Below are positions 52,261 to 63,395 of a DNA stretch of 64,000 bases, piece after piece. How positions within the stretch are numbered: position 1 is the stretch's first letter; the number at the start of each line of letters is the position of its first letter. A program made the translations under genes and the position numbers. A model generated the notes under the pieces. That model ran no database searches, was not told the origin of the DNA, and was given only the letters and a program-made list of their open reading frames with translations. Source of the DNA: Octopus vulgaris (taxonomy: Eukaryota); assembly GCA_951406725.2 (NCBI GenBank), contig OX597831.1, positions 44,578,001 to 44,642,000 on the forward strand, in the 5' to 3' direction.

Positions 52261-52672
52261 ATATATATAAAATTAGAAAAAACACCTTTTATCAATTCAA
52301 AATGAACAATTAAATTACACCATCTAGAAAATTACAATAAATAGAAATATTAAAATTAAAATAACAATAAAATATCAATGATTAAGTAAATTGCAAATAA
52401 TAAAAACGTATGTAATTGGTAGAATAACATTTTTTTTTTTGCAATTTACTTAATCATTGATATTTTATTGTTATTTTAATTTTAATATTTCTATTATATG
52501 TAATTTTCTAAATGGTGTAATTTAATTGTTCATTTTGAATTGATAAAAGGTGTTTTTTTTTCTAATTTTATATATATATATATTATATTGTGTGAAATTT
52601 GATTTAGTATTTCTAAATTGAATTTTTTTCCCTGTAAGTTTGGATTTATATTCCCTTAAATAATTATTATAC
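52261..52672. repeat. AT-rich fold-back element in (TA)n: ~135-bp arms plus ~90-bp tail
   Basis: ~52261-52397 is a near-perfect reverse complement of ~52438-52580. Confidence 0.9.
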
Positions 52673-53140
52673 ATACATATATATATATGTGTGTGTATGT
52701 ATTATGTGTGTGTGTGTGTATCTATATCTATATGTGTGTGTGTGTGTGTGTGTATAAAACCACACTGTAAACTAATCATGGAAACAGAGTCTGCCAAAAT
52801 AACTGCATTAATGGAGGGAGAAATCTTTAAAGACATTAGCCAGTCAGTTAGCTGAATAAGAGCCGAAATAAAATAATGATTAAAAGTTATAAAACTGCCT
52901 TCTGTGCACAAAACTATATAAATAGAAAAATGGGGGGGGGGGGGTAATATAAGATTGCTCCCATCATTCTGCTGCTAAATCTGATGACTGATACTTCACA
53001 AATATTTGCAAAACATTCCTATGAATAGACAAGTAGACTAAGTGTTGCATATATGTATATAAATAAGGGTGTGCACACACACACATGCTCATGCATACAA
53101 GTATGCAATATGCATATACATTCATGTACATATGTCTGTT

Positions 53141-53173
<33 letters not shown>

Positions 53174-53472
53174 GTCTATCTATCTATATATATATGTGGT
53201 ATTTTGTTGTTTTCCCTCCATATCTACGTGAATTATTTTTGAGTAAGCACTTTCTGGGAGATTCTTCTTAAAGTAGTAGAAATGGCTAAAGAAAATTTTT
53301 TTTGGCTGCTATTTCTAAAAATTTCAGTATGTGGCAAAGTAAATTATTTTACTGAGTCCTCAATTATATAAAGTAATATTTTGAATACGCCTTGAATGGT
53401 CCTTTTACATACTGAAAACTACTTGGTGAAAATAATTAATAACTAATTGATTTTACCCTTAATTATTGATAA

Positions 53473-53509
<37 letters not shown>

Positions 53510-53789
53510 AAAAATATATGGATACATGCATGTATTTGTTGAGAAATATACTTGGTCAAGTGTTTACATAGGAGTGCATGTACATGCCCGCCTGCGTATG
53601 TGTGTGTGTGTGTATAGAGAATCTGACACTTTGAAAGTAAAAATAAAACTTATGTTTATTAGTGGAAATTCAAGAATATAGAAGCAGCTGTAAGTTATGA
53701 AATTTCAGCTTCAAAGCTAAAATATAAACTCTACTTCTTGGTGGCCTAAGTACTCTTTTTATACAGCTTGTAAAAACTGTGGGTGTGCT

Positions 53790-53832
<43 letters not shown>

Positions 53833-54453
53833 CGCAGGAGTGGCTGTGTGGTAAGTAGCTTGTTTACCAACCACATGGACCCGGGTTCAGTCCCACTGCG
53901 TGGCACCTTGGGCAAGTGTCTTCTACTATAGCCTCGGGCCGATCAATGCCTTGTGAGTGGATTTGGTAGACAGAAACTGAAAGAAGCCCGTCGTATATAT
54001 ATATATGTGTGTGTGTGTCTGTGTTTGTCCCCCTAGCATTGCTTGACAACCGATGCTGGTGTGTTTATGTCCCCGTTACTTAGCGGTTCGGCAAAAGAGA
54101 CCGATAGAATAAGTACTGGGCTTACAAAAGAATAAGTCTGAGAACTGGTGAACCAGATGGCTGCACCAGGCTCCAATCTTGATCTGGCAGAGTTTCTACA
54201 GCTGGATGCCCTTCCTAATGCCAACCACTTTGAGAGTGTAGTGGGTGCTTTTACGTGCCACCGGCATGAGAGCCAGTCAGGCGGTACTGGCAACGGCCAC
54301 GCCCAAATAGTGTTTTTTTTTTACTTGCCACCTTCACATCGGCACAAGTATCAGTAAGGCGATGCTGGTAACGATCACGCTCAAATGATGCTTTTTATGT
54401 GCCACTGGCATGGACGCCAGTTAGCCGCTTTATCTCGACAAAAAGCAATGCAG

Positions 54454-54730
54454 TTAATCAAAGTATGCACCTAAATTATCATCACAATTTTGCCATTTTA
54501 TCGATAGCTTATGTATGCTGGCAACAAAGAATTCTGGAGAGCAAGAGGTGATGAAATCACAAAAGGATGTTTTTGTATCTTCTTCAGATTTGAAGTCTTT
54601 TCCTTGCAAAAAGTTGTCTAACGCCTGGAAAATGTGATAGTCAGTTGGTGCGAGGTCTGGTGAATATGGTGGATGACAGAGTGCTTCCAGGTTCAGTTCC
54701 TGTAACTTGAGTACCATTCTTTGTGCAACA
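54454..54730 (-). pseudogene. Mariner transposase C-terminal remnant
   Basis: HPPYSPDLAPTDYHIF...KWQNC...GAYFD. Confidence 0.88.
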
Positions 54731-54731
54731 T

Positions 54732-55620
54732 GTGGAGGGTCAAATTTGGGAACAAAACAAAAAAGAATGACAGCGGAGATATACAATGAAACTGAATGAA
54801 AACAAACATGGAGGGTCGTTAGACCAGAATGAGAGGAGAAAGTAGAAAAGATGGAAGAGAGAGAGAAAAATACATCCGCTCATTTAACAGTCCATGCAGG
54901 AAAAGAAAGATGGTCATGTGTGAGCAACAAGAGAGAAAAAAAAGAAAGAAGGGGGAGAGAGAGAGACAGATAGAAAATGGTGAAGGAGGGAGGGTGAGAA
55001 AAAGGGAAGTAGAGAAGGATGGCGGAACAAAACAATATAGAGGAACATTCCTTGTATGTCTCCACTGTCATTTTTTTGTTCCCAACTTTGACCCTCCATA
55101 AATCCTAAATTTTATTTTAGAATTTATGGAAGCAACTGTCTTTGAAGACTCATATTGTTGTTGAATGCTTGAAATGAGGAGTAGATAGATAGCAGATGAA
55201 GGGTCCTTTCCCTGTGTTAACTTGTCCTATTTTCCATTTTTTTCTCTCATTTACATATTCCACTCATTTTTCCCTTGTTTGTTTACATATTTCATGTTAT
55301 TTGCACTGTTGGTGACATCCTGTACCCATATATGCATGTGTATATATATATATATATATTATTATATAAAGGTATACATATATATACACACATACACATG
55401 TATATGCATATATAAACATATATACTTGCACGCGTGTTCTGTCCTCACCTTCGAAACACGCTGGAGTTGAACTAGGGACGGCTGATGAAGGGGATTTTTC
55501 CATGTGTAGTTGTCTTGTACTCTGTTTTTTCGTTGTTAAAGGAATGGTCTGTTCCATGCTGTTTTTACGTTTTCGTTTCCCGTTGAGTTCTACGTCTATT
55601 TGTGGTGTCCTGTACACACG
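54732..55620 (+). mobile_element. Inverted plus tandem copies of the TGGGTACAGGAC-end family
   Basis: 54732-54790 inverted against 55045-55100; copies end in tcctgtacccata (~55330) and gtcctgtacac (~55617), each followed by (TA)n. Confidence 0.65.
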
Positions 55621-55779
55621 TATATATATTTATATATGCATGTATATATACATGTAGATGTAGGTGCGTACATATGTGTTTGTATGTATGCATATATTTT
55701 ATTACACTATTGTATGACCAAGCGCCTTAGCGTCGATTGGTTTGGTTTGGTTTCGTTTTTTCTTCTTCTCTAAGCTGGT

Positions 55780-55811
<32 letters not shown>

Positions 55812-57507
55812 TTACTTAGGATTTCTTCTTTGCTCTCAGTTTTGGTCTTTCGTCCAACCCAAAATGTGTCTGCCATATTCAACAATGAAGCATTTTCTGC
55901 TTCCCTTTCTAGTTCATAGCCCCAAACAACAGCTAAATCTTCCATAAACAACACCAGTCATAGACGAGCTGCAGCCTGTGGCCTGTGAGATTTTCTGAAT
56001 GGTGCACCTAACAAAGAATTACCTGGAATTATTTTTTTAGTGCAACTCACCTGATGATGAGTTCATGACTAATGCAGTTAATTCTCAAAACAGGTTGCCC
56101 ATGTCTGAACAACACCCAACAGGATTTTAAATAGAGAAGAGCATACAATTGAACAATGTAGTACCTGATATGCAAAGGGGAGCTGAAAAGTTACTGGTTT
56201 TAAGGGCATCACGAAAGATCTGGTTGGAGGCCCAACCTTCTGAGTTCTTTTACGGAGCTTAGAAAAACTGAAGGACCACTGCAATAAGTGTGTGAATCTG
56301 AGAGGGGAATATGTCAGATAAAATCATAATTAATTAATCCTCCTGTATTTTCTTTTACCGAAAGCCAGAAACTTTTCAGTACCCCCTCGTACATCACAGC
56401 TTGAGCTCCTTTAATCATAGGTCCATTCGATCAGAGCTGACTTGGAGTTAAACAACTTATTGGCAACTGATCCTCTCAAACCTATAACTCAATGACATAC
56501 TCCTGAGCTCATGCAAGTGTTTGTTGCCTCATCCACTGCATGTACTTTTAATCACCCTTGTATCATCATCATTGTTGCCACCACCATCACCACCATTTTA
56601 TGTCCACTGCTAGCATGAGTTGGACAGGCCATCAAAGTGGAAGCCAGTTCATATTCAGAGTAGCTGTCCTTTCAGACATGTCGGAGGACTATGTCTTACT
56701 CATAGTTCATTTTCGGTCTGGTTTCTGCAGCAGGATGCTCTTCCTGTCACCAACCACTTTACAGAGTGTAGTAGCACCAGAACAAGAGATGTCGTCATGT
56801 TCTCAACAAGACCAAAATGGTCCTCTCAATTCTAAGTTGTTTCTGCTTGTGTGCCAATCCCTTTACAGAGTGTAGTGGTACCAGGACAAGAAAAGTTGTC
56901 ATGTCCCTGATGAGACCAAAATGGTCCCCCAGATGTTTTTATGTGTTTGCTAATCACTGTACAGAGTGTACTGGGTACATTTTACCATGGCACCAGCACT
57001 AGTGAGGTTGCTTCATATCCTGTAGGACTAAAGAATCCAAGACAGTCATGTGTTCATCTGTTGGAGTGACAAGAACCATCTAATCATCCTTAAGGACGAC
57101 TGATCACTTGTGTGGTGACATTAATGTGAAGAAGAGTTGCACACCACCAACCTTACTCTCTTGTCCTTGACCAACTTCAATCCAGTGGCAAGATCAAGTC
57201 AAGACAACTGAGGACAGAGATGGATGCAATGGATGACCCAAGGTGTCTTACTTGCCTCACTTTGATCTCTGCACTCTACAATGAGCTGCTGCAGCTGCCT
57301 TCCCCTCTGTTGAACCATTAAGGCTCCTTCCGCAGTGTGCTGGATGCAGTCTTCACATGCTAATATGCTAATTAATCCACTGCTGGGACCTTGAAAGGTA
57401 ACCACTATTCTGGGTCCCAAAAGACTTGGGAACAATAGTGGTTAAGAGGGGGTTTCACACTCCTCAAAATTCTGGAAATCCTGAACCTACAAAAGGGAGA
57501 GAGAGAG

Positions 57508-57556
<49 letters not shown>

Positions 57557-59023
57557 AAGTGTTACAGATGTAGACAATGGTAAGGTTGTGTGGCAAAAGA
57601 AAGTGTTGAGTACAAAAAAAAGGATCCGATGCAATTCTTTATACATAGCAAATATACAAATAAATAAATCTTGATGGTAAAAAAAAAACAAAAAAAACTT
57701 TGGTCATTTATTTCAACAATAAAGCGAGGAGGCACTGACAAAATATTTGGATTAAATAATATTTTTTTCTTTTTTATAAAATATAATTAGCAACTACAGT
57801 ACTTTATTATAATAATTGACTGTAACAGCTATTGCATGTACAACTGGTTAACATGTCAACACTAAAGGACAAAAAGGGGAGTGTGTGTGAGGGGGGTAGG
57901 AGTCACTAATTAAGTGATAATACTGTAAGGAGTTATGATGGTGGCAGCGGTGATGGGAGGAGGAGGAGGAGGAAGAAGAGGGGAAAGATGGATTGAGATT
58001 ACAGTTGGCTTCACTACTGCTACAATATTTTAACCCTTTAGCATTTAAACTGGCCAAATCTGGCCCCAAAATATTCTACTTGCTTTATGACCAAACTGGC
58101 CGGAGTCTTGCTTCTAAGCACTGACCGACCCTACAATGTCGTTTTCAAAATAAACAATCACATCTTCGAAACCTCAAAGCTACGAGATAATGCCGGATTA
58201 ACTGAAAGCAATGTGAATAGATAAGCGTTATGTTTGACAGGGCAGTGTGAATGCCAAAGGAGTTAAAGGAGCAGGGCAGGGGCAGGAGGTTCTACAATCG
58301 CAGCAATAATATAAGGGGTATGTAAAAAAAACTAATACTACAACAATATGATAATGCAGAAGAAGCAGGATGCTTGCTACTTGTGGACTCATGTTCAGAG
58401 GTGAGGGTCACCATTATGATAATGCTTCAGGGTTCATTACTAGCATGACAATGCAATATTAATTAATTAGCAAGGTGAGCAGTAACTCCTCACGAGGTGA
58501 TGTTGTAAGGGTTTATGTAAGTGTAGATGCCATTGCTACTGAGGTAGTATGGAATATGATGGAGACGCGATATGAATTTGTACGGCTATTGTATAAAATA
58601 AATAAATTTGATGTTGCACCGAGTGCACGGATATTGCATGTAAATATTGCATATGATTTGGAGGCTGCACACACGTATTGTACTGCAGGTATTGCACAAA
58701 CAGCATACAAGAGATGTTGAAGATGATGCACATAACTGACTATTACAGATGGTGCACACAAGTGAATGTTGCAGACGATGCACAGAGGTAAATACTGCTT
58801 GCAGTGCATGTGATGCACATATGTAAATATTACAGAATGAAGAGGGTGTGTTTGTGAAAATGTTACACATACTGCAGTTTGTGAAATATCGAACTCACTG
58901 AAGATGCACTGCAGTTGTACAGCATTAGTAATTACTGCACAGATTGTAAAAGATGAACACATAAGAAGACAGTTTAAAGTTGCAGAACCTGAACTGAAAA
59001 GAAGCTAGTACTTGAAGCAATAT

Positions 59024-59112
59024 CATATATATATATATACATACATACATACATACATATATATATATATATACATATATATATACATATATATATACAT
59101 ATATATATATAC

Positions 59113-59143
<31 letters not shown>

Positions 59144-59156
59144 CATATATATATAC

Positions 59157-59251
<95 letters not shown>

Positions 59252-59318
59252 TATATACATATATATACATACATATACATATATACATACATATACATAT
59301 ATATATACATATATATAC

Positions 59319-59351
<33 letters not shown>

Positions 59352-59388
59352 CATATATACATACATATATATACATATATATACATAC

Positions 59389-59424
<36 letters not shown>

Positions 59425-59428
59425 ATAT
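59024..59428. repeat. Long compound (TA)n/(TACA) microsatellite; similar blocks at ~5445-5715 and ~60415-60512
   Basis: Direct inspection. Confidence 0.97.
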
Positions 59429-59500
59429 AGTTAAAAGAAGAAAAGAAAATGGAGATAAGGAAGTTAACAATTATTTATTATTAGCAAATTAACATCTTTG

Positions 59501-59599
59501 CTTCTTACGGCCATTTCAATTAATACTCAATAGTTTAATTACAAATTAGTACATTAAATTTGCATTTATGTGGCATGAGCATAATTTCCTCAGAGAAAA
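59501..59599 (-). ncRNA. Type I minimal hammerhead ribozyme motif, opposite polarity
   Basis: Minus strand: uuuucu CUGAGGA (59593-59587) aauuaugcuca...ugaguauuaauu GAAA (59517-59514) U-GGCC-GUA^agaag; palindromic GGCC in stem III. Confidence 0.7.
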
Positions 59600-59674
59600 C
59601 AGAAGTGCCTTGATATGTTAGTCTGCTGAAATGAATTGACAGATCCTCATATAACATCTCAAGGTACATCATTT

Positions 59675-59773
59675 TTTTCTCTGATGAAATTATGCTCATG
59701 CTATATAAATGTAAACTTAATGTACAAATTTATAATTAAATTATTGAGTATTAATTGAAACGCTTGTAAGAAG
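59675..59773 (+). ncRNA. Type I minimal hammerhead ribozyme motif
   Basis: Stem I uuucu/agaag; CUGAUGA 59681-59687; stem II aauua-ugcuca / ugagua-u-uaauu; GAAA 59757-59760; C-gcuu-G; GUA cleavage triplet 59766-59768. Confidence 0.72.
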
Positions 59774-59883
59774 CGAAGACGACCAATTTGTTAATAAATA
59801 ATTGTTAATTTTGTTATGTCCATTTTCTTTTCTTCTTTTAACTGGATATAAACTATATGCTTAATATATACCTATTGCTTTAA

Positions 59884-60104
59884 CCCTTTCGTTACCAACC
59901 CGGCTGAAACTGGCTCTGGCTTTTTAGAATAAATGTCTTGTTTACATAAGTTTTGAATCAACATCTTCCACCAAACCTTAGTCACAAATTATGTTCCTAT
60001 CACTAGCTGAATGATAACTAAGTTATTTTAGTAAATTTTTTGTTATATTACAAGTAATTGAAAGAAACACAGAGTATCTCAAAATAAATACAGTAGCGAA
60101 AGGG
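59884..60104. mobile_element. piggyBac-type MITE (221 bp), second copy
   Basis: TTAA at 59880-59883 and 60105-60108; CCC/GGG ends. Confidence 0.9.
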
Positions 60105-60197
60105 TTAAGGGCATTTCATTCCCCAACTATAGTAGGAACGGAACCAATATTTTCTTGGATGCAACCATCCCTTCACGAGGTTAATATATCCTCTAAT

Positions 60198-60251
<54 letters not shown>

Positions 60252-60424
60252 TACATACACGTGTGTGTGTGTGTGTGTGTGTGTGTATGCATAGGTTTGG
60301 TGATACAAACAGGAAAACAATTTAAAACATGAGTATGTATATTTTTTTATGTATCATTAATTGGCAGAGTGACCCAAGGGTTCTGTAACTTCTGCTGACT
60401 AATAATAAATAATATATCTATATC

Positions 60425-60495
<71 letters not shown>

Positions 60496-60514
60496 TATAT
60501 ACATATATATATGT

Positions 60515-60952
60515 AGTTCTTGGTCTCAAGCATTTGTCTTATGAAGAAAGGCTGAAGACGCTCGACCTTTATTCTCTAGAAAAACGACGACACCGTGGTG
60601 ATCTCATTCTTGCTCACAACATCATAAGCGGAAAGTGTAACCTCTCAAAAGAGCTGTTCTTCACTCCTGCTCCAGAGCGTCGGCTGTGGGGTCACTCCGA
60701 AAAGCTCTATCTGCGACGATTTCATTTCAATCGAAGGAGAGGGGCTTTCTCCGTCCGGGTTGCGGATCCGTGGAATAAGCTGCCGGACGAGATAGTGAAG
60801 ATGCCGACGACCGCTCGGTTCAAAGTCTCTCTTGACCAGAAATGGCCTGAACTCTTTGCATGAACAGCCTCCCTGTACATAACTCCATGTCCCCCTACAT
60901 GGCCTTGCTTTTTGCTTTTTGAGCCAAAAAATTAACTTAACTTAACTTTAAC
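60515..60952 (+). mobile_element. 5'-truncated CR1-type LINE fragment (ORF2 C-terminus + 3' UTR + taac-like tail), second family
   Basis: LSYEERLKTLDLYSLEKRR.RGDLI...WNKLP; tail aattaacttaacttaac; flanked by (TA)n. Confidence 0.9.
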
Positions 60953-62278
60953 TATATATATACATATATATATATATATATAGCTTTGTATACAAAAAGT
61001 CTAATCAATTGAAAGAAGCAGCTATTTCACTTCAGGCACAAGGGTCAATGTTTGTTGGGAAGTGAATACAGTCGACTCAAATTCTCCAGTACATTATTGT
61101 TATATATTCAATTAAGCCTAGGAAAATGGAAGATGACACTGATGATGGTGGGATATGATTTCAGAACATAAAAGGACGCAACTAAACACCACCATTTATG
61201 TGTTTAACCTGGTGCACTACATTATTTTCCTGCTGACTCACCGAGCTTGAAGAACTAGAAACATATCGATCTCTGATTTTGGCAACAGACCACAAGTTTG
61301 TTGGTGTTTGTTGCAGGCGAGGGTCAGGGCAAGGAGAGGGGATGAACAAGGCATTTATCAGTATAAGCAAATTTAATTGGCACTAACTGGGAATCAAAAC
61401 TGACAGACAAATTTGTCTAAATGTGTTCTGATACCTCAGTGAGATAGATAAGGGCTTCTGAAGAGCAGATATCATAGAACAAAGTCTTTTCAAATAAACT
61501 ATATATGTCTATATATGTGAGTGTGCTAGTATACATATGTATATGTATGTATGTCTGTACATATGTGTGTGAGCGTGTGTGAAGATTGAGTGATACATAT
61601 ATATATAGATATAAAAGATTTAGCAGCTTGGTGGACTTGTGTTTGAAACAGTTGCACTGAAAACAAAGAAGCAATTAAATAAATATGCAGCAATAGACTC
61701 AGGATTTCTCTTTCTCGGTTTAGTAAAATATTTACAGCCAGAGCACCGAGAAGAGTAACCGAAAATTTTTCTTTTTTTTTTTAAATAAATTAATAAATAA
61801 ATAAATAAATAGATAAATAAATAAATTGAAAAATAAAAAAATGAAAAAAAAAAAGACTTAAGCAGTCCGTAGTAAAAAAGAAATAGACAAACATTGCTGA
61901 GATGGGGAACAATAGTAAAGTCAGTCTTTGAGACCCCTTCAATGAAGTTCATCTTCCATGTGGCTGGTTGATGTCTTGGCTACAGTGACAATATGGCAGT
62001 AGCCATGTTATGAGCTTAGAATATAATAATAATAATAATAATAACATGGATCAAATTCATATTTTATAATCCAACAGTAACGAATAGGTAAAAGTGTAAA
62101 AACTGCCACAGCATTCAAGTTGATTATTCTCCTCTGAATATTCTTATAAGATTTAACAGGTTCATGGTAGATGTAACTCATTAATGAGTTTAATTTGGTT
62201 GATGATTAAAACATCAGAAAAAAAAAAGGGGGCAGAGAGAGGGGATTTTTAAAAAAAACAATGAAGTGTTATGGGAGG

Positions 62279-62314
62279 CTATAATACATGGCGACAGACA
62301 GGGCACGTACCAGA
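62279..62314 (-). CDS. Last coding exon of a Praja-like (PJA1/PJA2-type) RING-H2 E3 ubiquitin ligase (SGTCPVCRHVL*); upstream exons outside the window
   Basis: Minus strand: ttttcttctctttctag acceptor, then tct ggt acg tgc cct gtc tgt cgc cat gta tta tag; SGTCPVCR is the end of the Praja RING-H2 finger (WLQK-SGTCPVCR). Confidence 0.8.
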   Translation of the reverse strand, partial: SGTCPVCRHVL

Positions 62315-63160
62315 CTAGAAAGAGAAGAAAATAGATAGGATTTAGTTACTTTCACAATTTCACATATTTATTGAACATGAAAAACAAATTATAATTTTTT
62401 GATAACATAAAATGGTAAAATATTTATAAATTTTTATATATAAAAAAAAGGTAAAATATTTAAAAAATTTTATATATAAAAACAAATAGTAAAATATTTT
62501 AAAATTTAAATATAAATATTTGGTCGACCTGGGGTCATAGTAGAAGACACTTGCCCAAGGTACCATGCAGTGGGACTGAACCCAGAACCATGTGGTCGGG
62601 AAACAAGGTTCTTACCACACAGCCAATCCTTCTTATAATCCAGTTTTTGTTTTTCTCTCGCCCACTTGTGCTTCACTATTCACACACATACACACACACA
62701 CACTAACATGAAGCAAGCTCATCACATTACTTTGCATTTAATAATGCTCCATGTTTTGCTACCATGCAATACCATACTTCATATACAAAGTGTCATGCAG
62801 TATGCCTGATCTGGACAGAAAATTCCCTTGTTGCCACAAGAGGCAACACCGGAAATTCTTTCTATCCCGTCCTAACTCTGGCTAAAATTCTTTCATTGTT
62901 TATTAGATTATCTAAATAACAGAAACTGTCAATTACTTCGACAGAATATTCCAGGCACTTTTTAAAGAATTCATTTCATGGGATTGCTCTTAGTGCTACC
63001 AACTTCTCTATGCATCTACGACATATGAATACCTTCTATTCTATCAGCCAGCCTATGACCCCACACCATGTCTTCTACAACCATTGTTTACAACCATTAT
63101 ACAACAGCAGAGGGTTCAACCTAAATATTTTATGTATTTGTGAAAGACAACTATCTCAAA

Positions 63161-63395
63161 CTGCCGGCATCGGTTGTTAGTTGTCGGAGCACTGCATCCA
63201 TCAAAACTTCCATGCTTCCTGAGATTCGCCAACACTACACTTGATTTTCTCCCCTCCATACACACACAAGCATGTATCTAACTCATACATTGTTCGCCTT
63301 CCAGACATTTCTACATTACTGCATGTACTTTATATGCACTTTCTGACAAGTTGTGGTGCACCTGAGCACTGTATACAATAATTTCATTATTATTT
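63161..63395 (+). mobile_element. 3' fragment of a LINE related to the 46-50 kb element
   Basis: Translates LPASVVSCRSTASIKTSMLPEIRQHYT versus LPASVVDCHDTASFKALMLSEIRRNYT; shares the 3' motif gtgcacctgagcactgta and an att tail. Confidence 0.85.

Larger units (their letters stand above)
59428..60201. mobile_element. Fold-back, hammerhead-bearing non-autonomous element (Penelope pLTR / retrozyme-like) in a (TA)n run, interrupted by a piggyBac-type MITE
   Basis: Inverted arms ~59428-59622 / ~59650-59845, hammerhead core on each strand, tail to ~60201, (TA)n on both sides. Confidence 0.75.

Noticed and set aside
56907-56935. CTGATGA-GACC-aaaat-GGTC resembling a hammerhead 5' half
   Set aside because: Followed by cccc instead of GAAA; the neighbouring repeat unit (~56800-56825) lacks CTGATGA
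58925-59470. Long YI/IY-rich ORFs here and at ~3887-4132, 5269-5769, 18110-18630 etc.
   Set aside because: Translations of (TA)n/(CA)n microsatellites, which lack stop codons; not genes
61941-61980. Minus-strand ag|cc aag aca tca acc agc cac atg gaa gat gaa ctt cat tga (KTSTSHMEDELH*) as an alternative last exon
   Set aside because: Poor polypyrimidine tract, phase incompatible with the phase-0 RING exon, no recognisable homology; more likely 3' UTR
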